51,011 bases of DNA from Acidimicrobiales bacterium (GTDB taxonomy: Bacteria > Actinomycetota > Acidimicrobiia > Acidimicrobiales > SZUA-35): contig JAHELU010000004.1 of the NCBI GenBank assembly GCA_024644005.1, positions 1-51,011 of the forward strand. The letters are read 5' to 3'. Within the stretch, counting starts at the first letter, position 1. The number at the start of each line of letters is the position of its first letter. Of this stretch, positions 16,500 to 24,969 are shown piece by piece. A program made the translations under genes and the position numbers. The notes under the pieces were generated by a model. That model was given only the letters and a program-made list of their open reading frames with translations. It had not been told where the DNA came from and ran no database searches.

Positions 16500-17813
16500 T
16501 CACGCCGGCGGCCCGTCGACGGCCCGATCTCGGGCTCGGGCCAGCATGGTGTAGCGGGCGTTGATCCGGCTGGCGTCTGCGCTGGACCAGCCGGCCCCTT
16601 CCAGGTGGTCGAGGAAGGTGTCGAGGACCGGGGCGAACGTGGTCTCGTGCGGTGTGCGCAACGCCGGCGGGACGATCACCTCGTGGCCCAGTTCCGAGGC
16701 CTGCAACGTGAGTCCGGGGAACTCCTCCCGCCACTCATCGAGTCGCTGGGCGAGTCGGTCCTCCAGCCGATCGTCGGTCTCCCCGTCACGGCCGGACGGA
16801 CCGATGTGGATCTGCGACTCGTGGCCGGTCTCCCGGCCCGCTCGCAGGACGACGCGGGCGCCGGTGCCCTCCGCCACCGAGCGGTGCTCGTCGCCTCCTC
16901 CCGGTTCGCATCGGAGCCGCCACTTCGTTCGCTGCCGGACCCGGACCCCGTCGAGCCGGTAGTCGATCAGGCCGTTGCAGGCCAGGTCGAGCACGCCATG
17001 ACGAACGGCCGCCGAGAGCGAGGGCGGAAAGGCCGGCTCACCGGTGCTCTCCACGAACACGTCGAGGGGAACCGCTGTCGTCCATCGCCGGGCGCCGTCG
17101 ATGACGAAGCCCGGCTTCGCCGCGTCGCTGCCGCCGGCCGCGTCGCTGCCGCCCGCCGCCTCGATGAGCCACTGGGCCTGATCGACGAGGTGCGACTGGA
17201 TGTCGACCACGCCGTCGCCCTGGATGCTGACGTCGTAGTACCAGGGTGGGCGGCGCAACGGCCGGCCGTCGACGGTCTTGCAGAGATGATGGATGGACTC
17301 GAACCACAGCGCCGGTTGCCGATCGGGGCGCTCGGTGAACCGGCCGAAGACCGATTCGGTGGCCACGATGCGACGCCGTATCCGGGTGGCGATGGCGTGG
17401 CGCTCGGTCATGAGGTCGAGCGCCAGTGGCGGCCCAGCGGTGATCCGATCGAGGTCGGGCAGTGCCTCGCTCGTCGTGATCAAGGGCTTGTCGGCCAGGA
17501 CGTGGAAGCCTGCGTCGTGGAGCCGCCGTATCGCCGGCAACTTCGCGCTGTTCCGCCCCGCCACCACGACCACGTCACCACGGCGCTCGGCGATCAGCCG
17601 GGCCAGCGGCTCATCGCTGCGGTGGACCCGGATCTCCCACGCGGTCGGGTCGGTCGTCCTCGCGTTGAATCCGTCGACGAGGCCGAGGAAGGCATCGAGC
17701 TCCGGGCCGTCCGAGCCGTACACGTGGACCGATCGATCGACACGCGGGTTGCGGTCCCGGAGCACGAGGGCGGCATGGAAGTGACCGGGTTCCAGGACCA
17801 GGAGGGTGTGCAT
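16500..17813 (-). CDS. Putative oxidoreductase (Gfo/Idh/MocA-related, with oxidoreductase C-terminal domain)
   Basis: PGHFHAALV, VLADKP, DLMTERH, SIHHLCK, RPPWYYDV..QGDGVVDIQSHLVD; contains a short AAGGSD duplication. Confidence 0.7.
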   Translation of the reverse strand: MHTLLVLEPGHFHAALVLRDRNPRVDRSVHVYGSDGPELDAFLGLVDGFNARTTDPTAWEIRVHRSDEPLARLIAERRGDVVVVAGRNSAKLPAIRRLHDAGFHVLADKPLITTSEALPDLDRITAGPPLALDLMTERHAIATRIRRRIVATESVFGRFTERPDRQPALWFESIHHLCKTVDGRPLRRPPWYYDVSIQGDGVVDIQSHLVDQAQWLIEAAGGSDAAGGSDAAKPGFVIDGARRWTTAVPLDVFVESTGEPAFPPSLSAAVRHGVLDLACNGLIDYRLDGVRVRQRTKWRLRCEPGGGDEHRSVAEGTGARVVLRAGRETGHESQIHIGPSGRDGETDDRLEDRLAQRLDEWREEFPGLTLQASELGHEVIVPPALRTPHETTFAPVLDTFLDHLEGAGWSSADASRINARYTMLARARDRAVDGPPA

Positions 17814-17882
17814 GGCAAGGCACCGTAGGCCCGGGGTCCTGCGCTGGCCATCGCCGCCGCAGCATCGTGCGATGATGGCTCG

Positions 17883-18902
17883 ATGCGAGATCTCGTGCTG
17901 CAGCACTGCCAGGCTGTCTTCCCGTCGTGGCGGGACGCCACGGTCGACGACTTCGACTTCGACGATCCGAAGGGGTTCTCGTCGTTCACGATGGGGATCC
18001 GGGCCAAGCGGAGGCTCGATCCTCCTGCGGTGCTGTACCGGCAGCTGGCCGGCAAGGAGAACGCCATCCTCGACTTCGAGGCGGAGCAGCAGGTGTTCGG
18101 CCTGCTCGGCCGCCACGGCATCGCCGCCCACTGCTACCACGTCGACGAGACGTGCCGCATCGAGCAGTTCTACCGGGGCCGGACCCTGACCGCCGCCGAC
18201 GTGTTCGATCCAGGGGTGCAACGCAGGATCGCCGACGAGCTCTTCCGCCTGCATCGCCTGGAACCGGAGGACCTGCCCGCCGCCACGTTCTTCGAGCTGC
18301 TGGTCGAGCGCTGGGCGCCGCTGGCCCGAACCGTCATCGTGGAGCATCGCTCGTCGTTCCCGCCCGACGAGCAGCCGTTGTGCGACGAGCTCGAGGAGCT
18401 CTACAGCGACGAGACCACCGCCAAGGTGCTGGCATGCCTACCGGATCGGCCACCGGTGTTCTGCCACAACGACACCTACCACGGCAACGTCTTCCTCCTC
18501 GACGACGGCACGGTCAAGTTGCTGGACTTCGAGTTCTCCTGTCTCAACCACATCGCGTTCGATTTCGCCAACCTCTTCGCCGAGACCACCCTGCAGCACG
18601 GCATCGGTGAGCCACCTCACTTCCGGCTCGTCGAGCCATCGTTCACCGACGCCGACCTCGCCGCCTTCATCGGGTACTACCTCGACAATCGCCAGTTCGT
18701 CACGGACGCCGACCGAGCCGCAGAGCTGGCGGCGCTGGTGGTCGAGACGAGGCGGGCCACCTTGCTGTCCGACTACATGTACGCCATGGCCGCACTGCCC
18801 CTGGCCCTGGAGCCGATCCAGAAGATCCGATTCGTCCCCTATGCCCACCAGCGGTTCCAGCGCTTCCTGCAGTCCTGGGAGCGGGAGTTCGCCGGCGGCT
18901 GA
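17883..18902 (+). CDS. Choline/ethanolamine kinase family phosphotransferase
   Basis: Brenner motif FCHNDTYHGNV, choline-kinase motif LLDFEFSCLN...FDFANLF, RIEQFY.GRTL. Confidence 0.75.
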   Translation: MRDLVLQHCQAVFPSWRDATVDDFDFDDPKGFSSFTMGIRAKRRLDPPAVLYRQLAGKENAILDFEAEQQVFGLLGRHGIAAHCYHVDETCRIEQFYRGRTLTAADVFDPGVQRRIADELFRLHRLEPEDLPAATFFELLVERWAPLARTVIVEHRSSFPPDEQPLCDELEELYSDETTAKVLACLPDRPPVFCHNDTYHGNVFLLDDGTVKLLDFEFSCLNHIAFDFANLFAETTLQHGIGEPPHFRLVEPSFTDADLAAFIGYYLDNRQFVTDADRAAELAALVVETRRATLLSDYMYAMAALPLALEPIQKIRFVPYAHQRFQRFLQSWEREFAGG

Positions 18903-18993
18903 GCGCGGCCGGCCCGCCCTCGTTAGCGTCGCCGCCGGCGACATCGTAGTGTTGTCGACACGCGCCGGGCATCAGCCTCTTCCAGGAGTCACG

Positions 18994-21108
18994 ATGGCCA
19001 ACCAGACCACCAACACGCTCGGGGCCTGTCCCCACGACTGCCCGGACACCTGCTCGATGGTGGTGACCGTCGAGGACGGTCGGGTGACCAAGGTACGAGG
19101 CAACCCCGATCACCCGTTCACCCGGGGCGGCCTGTGCGTCAAGGTCACCGACTTCCCGAACCACATCTACGCCGAGAACCGGCTGACGAGCCCGCAGCGC
19201 CGGATCGGGCAGAAGGGGGAGGGCCGGTTCGAGTCGATCACCTGGGACGAGGCGCTTGACGACATCCACGAGCGGTTCACCGCGATCATCGACCGCCACG
19301 GCCCGGAGGCCATCCTGCCGTACAGCTATCTGGGCAACATGGGCATCCTCAACGGGCTCACCGTCGGCGACCGGTTCTTCAACGGCCTCGGAACGAGCGT
19401 GTCGGAGCGGACGTTCTGCGACGGTGGCGGGATCTCGGCCTATCTGATGACCCTCGGCCCGACCGCTGCGGTGGATCCCGAGTCGTTGATCCACTCCCGC
19501 TACATCATCATCTGGGCGTGCAACGTCCTGTCGAACAACCTCCATCTGTGGCCGTTCATCGAGGAGGCCCAGCGGCGGGGGGCCAAGGTGGTCTGCATCG
19601 ATCCGGTCGCCCACCGCACGGCCAAGAAGGCCGATTGGCACATACCGATCCGACCGGGAACCGACGCCGCTCTGGCGCTGGCCATGATGAACGTGATCAT
19701 CACCGAGGGCCTGCACGACGCCGACTACGTGGCCAACCACACCGAGGGCTTCGATGAGCTCGTGCCCCACGTGGCCGACTGCAGCCCGGAGTGGGCCGAG
19801 CGCGAGACCGGTATCGGTGCCGACGACATCCGCACCCTGGCCAGGGAGTACGCGGCGGCGAAGCCGTCGATGATCCGGGTGGGCGTGGCCCTCGAGCGCA
19901 GCACGGGCGGCGGCAACGCGGCCAGGGCCGTGTTCTCACTGCCGGCCCTGGTCGGAGCCTGGCGGGAGGTGGGCGGCGGCGTGCTGCAGATGCCGATCTG
20001 GGCCTTCCCCGTGGACTGGGACCGCCTCCACGGGCCCCATCCGAACGCAGAGCGGGTTCGGATCATCAACCAGTGGGACCTCGGCGAGGCCCTGCACGGC
20101 GGGTTCGACGGCCCGCCGATCGAGGCCCTCGTCGTGTACAACTCGAACCCAGCCGTCGTCGCGGGGGCCCAGCGGGACGTGCTGAGCGGCCTGGCCCGTG
20201 ACGATCTCTTCCTCGTGGTGTCCGAGCACTTCGTCACCGACACCGCCCGCTACGCGGACATCGTCCTGCCGGCCACGATGGCGATGGAGCACGAGGACCT
20301 CATGTTCTCGTGGGGGCACCTGTACCTGACCTACAACCCGAAGGTCATCGAGCCGATCGGCGAGTGCGTGCCGAACACCGAGCTCTTTCGCCGGCTCGCC
20401 AAGCGAATGGGCATCGACGACCCCTGGTTCGACCTCAGCGACAGCGAGCAGCTCGAGGTCGCCCTCGACTGGTCCGCCCCCCAGCTCGAGGGGATCACGC
20501 TCGACCGGCTGCGGGCCGAGGGCTATGCCCGCCTGAGCCTGCCGCCGACCGATGACTACGCCCCCCATCGCCACGGCAACTTCCCGACCCCGTCCGGCAA
20601 GGTCGAGCTGCTGGCCTCGATGGCGGCGGGCGGCAACTTCGTGGCCCCGCTGTTCCGCCAGGGCATCGTCGGCAACCAGGACGGCAGCCGTGTCGAGCCC
20701 CTGCCGACCTATTACCCGCCCCGGGAGCTGGGAGCGAACGGCGACTACCCCTTGGCTTTGCTCTCGCCGAAATCCCATGCCTTCATGAACTCCCAGTACG
20801 CGAACATGGACCGCCAACTCGACCAGCAGGGCCACCAGAGCGCCCGCCTCAATCCCGATGACGCCGTTGCCCGTGGGATCGGCGACGGCGCCTCGATCCG
20901 CTTGTTCAACGAGAGGGCCGAGCTCGTCACGACGGCCAAGCTCACCCCCGATGTGGCACCCGGCGTCGTGCTGATGCCGATGGGCCACTGGCCGTCGCTG
21001 TCCGAGGCCGACCTCTCGGTCAACGCGCTGAACTCCACCCGCTACGCCGACATCGGGCGAGCCCCGACGTTCTCGGACACGGCGGTCGAGGTCGAACCGC
21101 TGGCCTGA
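18994..21108 (+). CDS. Molybdopterin (bis-MGD) oxidoreductase, uncharacterised MopB subfamily with N-terminal 4Fe-4S site
   Basis: AGGAG RBS; CPHDCPDTC...GGLCVK, WDEALD, IRPGTDAALA, TDTARYADIVLPA, FPTPSGK, C-terminal molydop-binding region. Confidence 0.9.
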   Translation: MANQTTNTLGACPHDCPDTCSMVVTVEDGRVTKVRGNPDHPFTRGGLCVKVTDFPNHIYAENRLTSPQRRIGQKGEGRFESITWDEALDDIHERFTAIIDRHGPEAILPYSYLGNMGILNGLTVGDRFFNGLGTSVSERTFCDGGGISAYLMTLGPTAAVDPESLIHSRYIIIWACNVLSNNLHLWPFIEEAQRRGAKVVCIDPVAHRTAKKADWHIPIRPGTDAALALAMMNVIITEGLHDADYVANHTEGFDELVPHVADCSPEWAERETGIGADDIRTLAREYAAAKPSMIRVGVALERSTGGGNAARAVFSLPALVGAWREVGGGVLQMPIWAFPVDWDRLHGPHPNAERVRIINQWDLGEALHGGFDGPPIEALVVYNSNPAVVAGAQRDVLSGLARDDLFLVVSEHFVTDTARYADIVLPATMAMEHEDLMFSWGHLYLTYNPKVIEPIGECVPNTELFRRLAKRMGIDDPWFDLSDSEQLEVALDWSAPQLEGITLDRLRAEGYARLSLPPTDDYAPHRHGNFPTPSGKVELLASMAAGGNFVAPLFRQGIVGNQDGSRVEPLPTYYPPRELGANGDYPLALLSPKSHAFMNSQYANMDRQLDQQGHQSARLNPDDAVARGIGDGASIRLFNERAELVTTAKLTPDVAPGVVLMPMGHWPSLSEADLSVNALNSTRYADIGRAPTFSDTAVEVEPLA

Positions 21109-21142
21109 TCGCCTGGTCGGACCGAGTCCGGCCGAATCCCGG

Positions 21143-22354
21143 TCAGGAGAGGACGGTCCGCTCGTCAGCGGTGTGCTCGAGCACGTTTTCGACGTAGTCG
21201 GCCACGGCATCGGCCAGTGGGATCTCTTCGCCCGCCTGCTCGTTCAGGTACCAGTTGTGCTCGAGGATCTGGTGGTAGATCTCGGGGTCCTCCAGCCGAT
21301 CACGGACCTCGGGCGAGATGGCGTCCATGGTCGGCTGCCAGCGCTCGGTGAGCCACCGGTAGGCCGCCACCGCCTCCGGCAGGACCGTCCCCTCGGCCTG
21401 TGACAGCCAGGCCCCGTAGGCCCGTATGGCGCTCAGCAGGCGCCGGGCCTGGTTCTCGTGGGCCACGATCCCGGTCAGGCGCTGCAGGACCCGGCGATGA
21501 TGGCCCTCCTCCAGCACGGTCGGCCGGAACCGGGCCACCCCGTCGGACGCGTGGAGCTCGTACTCCTCGGTGTCGAAGCCCAGATCGTTCAGTCGGGCCA
21601 GGCGCTGGTGGATCTTTCCGAGCTCGCCGCTCGGCAGCTCGTCGGTGTCCTGCAGCTCGCTCCACAGCGCGGCGTACCGGTCGGCCAGGTTGGACGCCAC
21701 CCGATCCGGCTCCACGTCCTCCGCGAGCAGACCCTCTGCCTGGAGGTCCAGCAGCCCGCCGAGCACGTTCTCGGCCCCGATGTCGAGATCGAGCTGTCGC
21801 TGGCCGTCGGTGAGATGCTCGTGCCACTCCGCTGTCTCGGTGTCGACCACGTAGGCCCGCAGGGCCCCGGCGTCCCTGCGGAACAGCGCGTTGTTCAGCG
21901 AGCAGTCCCCCCAGAAGAGGCCGGCGAGGTGGATCCTGGCCATCAGGACCGCCAGTGCATCCACCACCTGATCCCGCGTCCCCTCGTGGCGGATCTCGGT
22001 GAAGAGGAACCGGTAGGGCAGGGAGTAGCGGAGGTGCCTGGTGACGAGGATCGACTCGAGCGGTCGGCCGTCCTCGTCCTGGCGATCGGTGACGATGCCG
22101 ACCAGCGCCACCGCTGGCAGGCCCTCCTCGCGCAGCCGCTCGAGGATGTCGAACTCCCGTTCGGCCAGGCGCTGGGGCAGCTCCTTCAGGGCGAGAACGG
22201 TGTCATCCAGCCCGAGGAACCGCACCACGTGCCGATGCAGGCCGGTCGGGAGACCGACCAGCAGCTCCTTCGGCCACTCGGCCAGTGGCCGCTCCCACGG
22301 GAGCCCGACGAGTGCGAGGTCCTCCCCGATCGTCTTCAGTCTCAGTGCGACCAT
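21143..22354 (-). CDS. DUF4032-domain protein (kinase-like, Kdo/WaaP-related)
   Basis: LPWERPLAEW, GLHRHVVRF, YSLPYR, FWGDCSLNNALFRRDAGALRAYVVDTET, ENQARRLL, ILEHNWYL. Confidence 0.82.
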   Translation of the reverse strand: MVALRLKTIGEDLALVGLPWERPLAEWPKELLVGLPTGLHRHVVRFLGLDDTVLALKELPQRLAEREFDILERLREEGLPAVALVGIVTDRQDEDGRPLESILVTRHLRYSLPYRFLFTEIRHEGTRDQVVDALAVLMARIHLAGLFWGDCSLNNALFRRDAGALRAYVVDTETAEWHEHLTDGQRQLDLDIGAENVLGGLLDLQAEGLLAEDVEPDRVASNLADRYAALWSELQDTDELPSGELGKIHQRLARLNDLGFDTEEYELHASDGVARFRPTVLEEGHHRRVLQRLTGIVAHENQARRLLSAIRAYGAWLSQAEGTVLPEAVAAYRWLTERWQPTMDAISPEVRDRLEDPEIYHQILEHNWYLNEQAGEEIPLADAVADYVENVLEHTADERTVLS

Positions 22355-22385
22355 CGTTCTTCGGTTCCGGTTCGGCGCCGGGAGG

Positions 22386-22685
22386 TCAGGCCTCGAGCGT
22401 CTCGAGCAGGTCGTGGACGGTGTGGTTGCTCTCCAGCGGGTGGCGGAGCGGCTTGTCGTCGATGATCTCGTAGCGGTTCCGGCGGCCGATCCGCTCCCTG
22501 GTGATGTAGCCCCCCTGCTCGAGATCGTCGATGATCTTCTGCACCGCGCCGGTGGTTATCCCCACCGCATGGCTGATGTCCCGCTGGCGCAGCTCGGGGT
22601 TGCGCCGGATGGCGATCAGCACATGGGCGTGATTGGTGAGGAACGTCCACGACGGGAGCTCCGGTTGCGGGTCTACTAATTCCAC
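22386..22685 (-). CDS. Small winged-helix (MarR-like) transcriptional regulator
   Basis: WTFLTNHAHVL...RDISHAVGITTGAVQKIIDDLEQGGYITRERIGRRNRY...LRHPLE; GTG start at 22685 is inferred. Confidence 0.85.
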   Translation of the reverse strand: MELVDPQPELPSWTFLTNHAHVLIAIRRNPELRQRDISHAVGITTGAVQKIIDDLEQGGYITRERIGRRNRYEIIDDKPLRHPLESNHTVHDLLETLEA

Positions 22686-22797
22686 CGTCGGAGTATAGCT
22701 ATTCGGCTGCGCCTGTTCCCAGGGGCCGAACACTGGCCATGGGTTCGGACCGCCCACGCCGATTGACCACGGGAAGGGGCCGGACGAGGATTGATCC

Positions 22798-24969
22798 GTG
22801 AAGCTCTTCTCCCATCGGAAACGGCCCGTCCATCTCGGGCCGTTCCCGCTGGAGCGGCTGCGGCGCCTCACCGACCCGGGAGCCCGCCCGCTCGGCATCG
22901 AACCCGGTCGACCGCTGCCGCCTCGACCCGCGGAGGCGCGAGTCGATGGACCGCGCGGCGCCGGTCACGCCTACCGGCCCTATCTCGATCTGCTCGACGA
23001 GCGCCGTCTCGGTCGCCCGGCCCAGCCGGCCCCGGTGCCCGACGGGGAGACGGAACGAGCCAACAACCTGAAGGCCGGCCTCTACTTCCTCGATGCCGAC
23101 ATGGTGGGCTGCGCAATCGTGCCAGACGAGGCCTGGTCCGACCAGCGGTCGAACCATCCCTACGCCGTCGTGGTGCTGATCGCCCACACCCGCTCGCCGG
23201 CCGGCCGCCAGCCGGGCGACGAGTGGATCGACGGGACCCGGCAGCTCAATGCCGACCTCCGGGCCGCCGAACTGGCCGTGATCACCGCCGCCTACATCCG
23301 CAACATCGGTTTCGAAGCCACGGCCCACACCCCGACCGGTTCCGACGTCGATCTCGACCGCCTGGCCCTGCAGGCCGGCCTCGTCGAGGTGGCGGGCGGT
23401 CGGCTCCGGTCGCCCTACCTCCGTACCGGGTTCGCGCTCTCCGCCGTCACCACCTCGATGGTGGTCCGACCGGATGCCCCACTGGCGAGGCGCTCGGCGG
23501 CGGCGCGGCTGCGAACCACGCTCGGGCCCGGTTGGCTCATCGGCTGGGGCGGGACGAGGGCCGGCCTCGATCGGCTCAACGGCGATCACCGACCGCTCCA
23601 CCTCGGGCGGTACCCGATGGAGCGGATCGCCCGCGTCGACGAGCCGACGACGCTCGTCATCGAGGACGAGGTCGAGCGGGTCCCGGTTCGCGCCGGCGGA
23701 TTCCCGCGTGCCGCGAACGGCGACTTCGGACCGAAGTTCCAGAACGACGTCAAGGTGTTCGCCTTCAAGACGCCATCGGCCCAGGCCTACGTGAGCCAGA
23801 TCGCAGCGATGGTGCCCCATCAGGACGGGCCGGTCGGCGATCAGCCGGACCAGGGAACCGACGACGCGGGCGCCAACGCCGATGCCGTGAAGGCGCTGGC
23901 CCACCACCTCGGCGCGGACATGGTCGGTGTGTGCCGGATACCGGACTACGCCTGGTACAGCCACCGCGGCGATGGCACCCCGATCCAGCCCTATCACCGC
24001 TATGCGGTGGTGATCCTGCTCGATCAGGGCTACGAGACGATGGAGGGCGCCAGCGGGGACGACTGGATCTCCGGCGCCCAGTCCATGCGGGCCTACATGC
24101 GAGGGGCCCAGATCGCCGGCATCCTGGCCGAGCACATCCGCTCGCTCGGCCACGGGGCCCGCAGCCAGACCAACCGGGACTCCGATGTGCTCCACATCCC
24201 GCTCGTGCTCCATGCCGGGCTGGGGGAGATGAGCCGGATCGGGGAGCTGGTGCTGAACCCGTTCGTCGGGCCGAGGTTCAAGTCGGTCGTGGTCACCACC
24301 GATCTGCCGCTCACCCCGGATCGCCACATCGACTTCGGGCTCCAGGACTTCTGCTCGAAGTGCACGAAGTGCGCCAGGGAGTGCCCCTGTGCCGCCATCC
24401 CGTTCGGCGACAAGATCATGTTCAACGGCTACGAGACGTGGAAGCCCGACGTGGAGCGATGCACCAAGTACCGCCTCGGCAACCTCAGGGGCTCGGCTTG
24501 TGGCCGTTGCATGAAGACCTGTCCGTTCAACATCGAAGGCGTCCTCGCCGAGCGAGCGGTCCTCTGGGCCGCCATCAGACTGCCGGTCACCAGGCGCTGG
24601 ATCGCCCGGCTGGACGACTGGATCGGCAACGGCTCGATCAACCCGGTCAAGAAGTGGTGGTGGGACCTCGAGTTCGTCGACGGGCGAGCGGTGGAGCCGG
24701 CCAGGGGCACCAACGCCCGGGAGCTCGATCCATCGGGTGGCCGGATCGCCGACAGCCAGCAGATCGCCCTCTACACACCGGACCTCCTGCCGCCCGGCGA
24801 CGCCGTCGGTGTACCGGTGAGGCTGGTCCGCAAGGAGGCCCTGCAGCGGGCGGCCGAGGCGGAGTCCCCGAGAGCGGCCCTGGCCAGGATCGGGGCGCCG
24901 GCCCGATCGCCGGGTCGCGGCCGGTCCCGGTGGCTCGGTCGGGTGAGCTCAGGTCGACGGGTTCTGTGA
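22798..24969 (+). CDS. rdhA: Cobalamin-dependent reductive dehalogenase, catabolic NpRdhA-like (no Tat signal, no fused reductase)
   Basis: Duplicated B12-domain architecture; DQGYETMEGASGDDWIS, SMRAY, AGLGEMSRIG, GPRFKS, two Fe-S motifs CSKCTKCARECP and CTKYR...CGRCMKTCP, KKWWWDLE. Confidence 0.88.
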   Translation: MKLFSHRKRPVHLGPFPLERLRRLTDPGARPLGIEPGRPLPPRPAEARVDGPRGAGHAYRPYLDLLDERRLGRPAQPAPVPDGETERANNLKAGLYFLDADMVGCAIVPDEAWSDQRSNHPYAVVVLIAHTRSPAGRQPGDEWIDGTRQLNADLRAAELAVITAAYIRNIGFEATAHTPTGSDVDLDRLALQAGLVEVAGGRLRSPYLRTGFALSAVTTSMVVRPDAPLARRSAAARLRTTLGPGWLIGWGGTRAGLDRLNGDHRPLHLGRYPMERIARVDEPTTLVIEDEVERVPVRAGGFPRAANGDFGPKFQNDVKVFAFKTPSAQAYVSQIAAMVPHQDGPVGDQPDQGTDDAGANADAVKALAHHLGADMVGVCRIPDYAWYSHRGDGTPIQPYHRYAVVILLDQGYETMEGASGDDWISGAQSMRAYMRGAQIAGILAEHIRSLGHGARSQTNRDSDVLHIPLVLHAGLGEMSRIGELVLNPFVGPRFKSVVVTTDLPLTPDRHIDFGLQDFCSKCTKCARECPCAAIPFGDKIMFNGYETWKPDVERCTKYRLGNLRGSACGRCMKTCPFNIEGVLAERAVLWAAIRLPVTRRWIARLDDWIGNGSINPVKKWWWDLEFVDGRAVEPARGTNARELDPSGGRIADSQQIALYTPDLLPPGDAVGVPVRLVRKEALQRAAEAESPRAALARIGAPARSPGRGRSRWLGRVSSGRRVL

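Noticed and set aside
17118-17160. 18-bp duplication encoding AAGGSD twice
   Set aside because: In-frame slippage in a probable loop; no sign of a functional repeat array.
22700-22797. Possible cobalamin riboswitch upstream of rdhA (CACTG...GGGAAGG present)
   Set aside because: Region is short and lacks the upstream conserved core and the B12 box (AGYCAGRANACCTGCC).
22798-24969. Alternative call as epoxyqueuosine reductase QueG
   Set aside because: Length, internal duplication and GASGDDWIS/KKWWWDLE motifs fit catabolic RdhA better.
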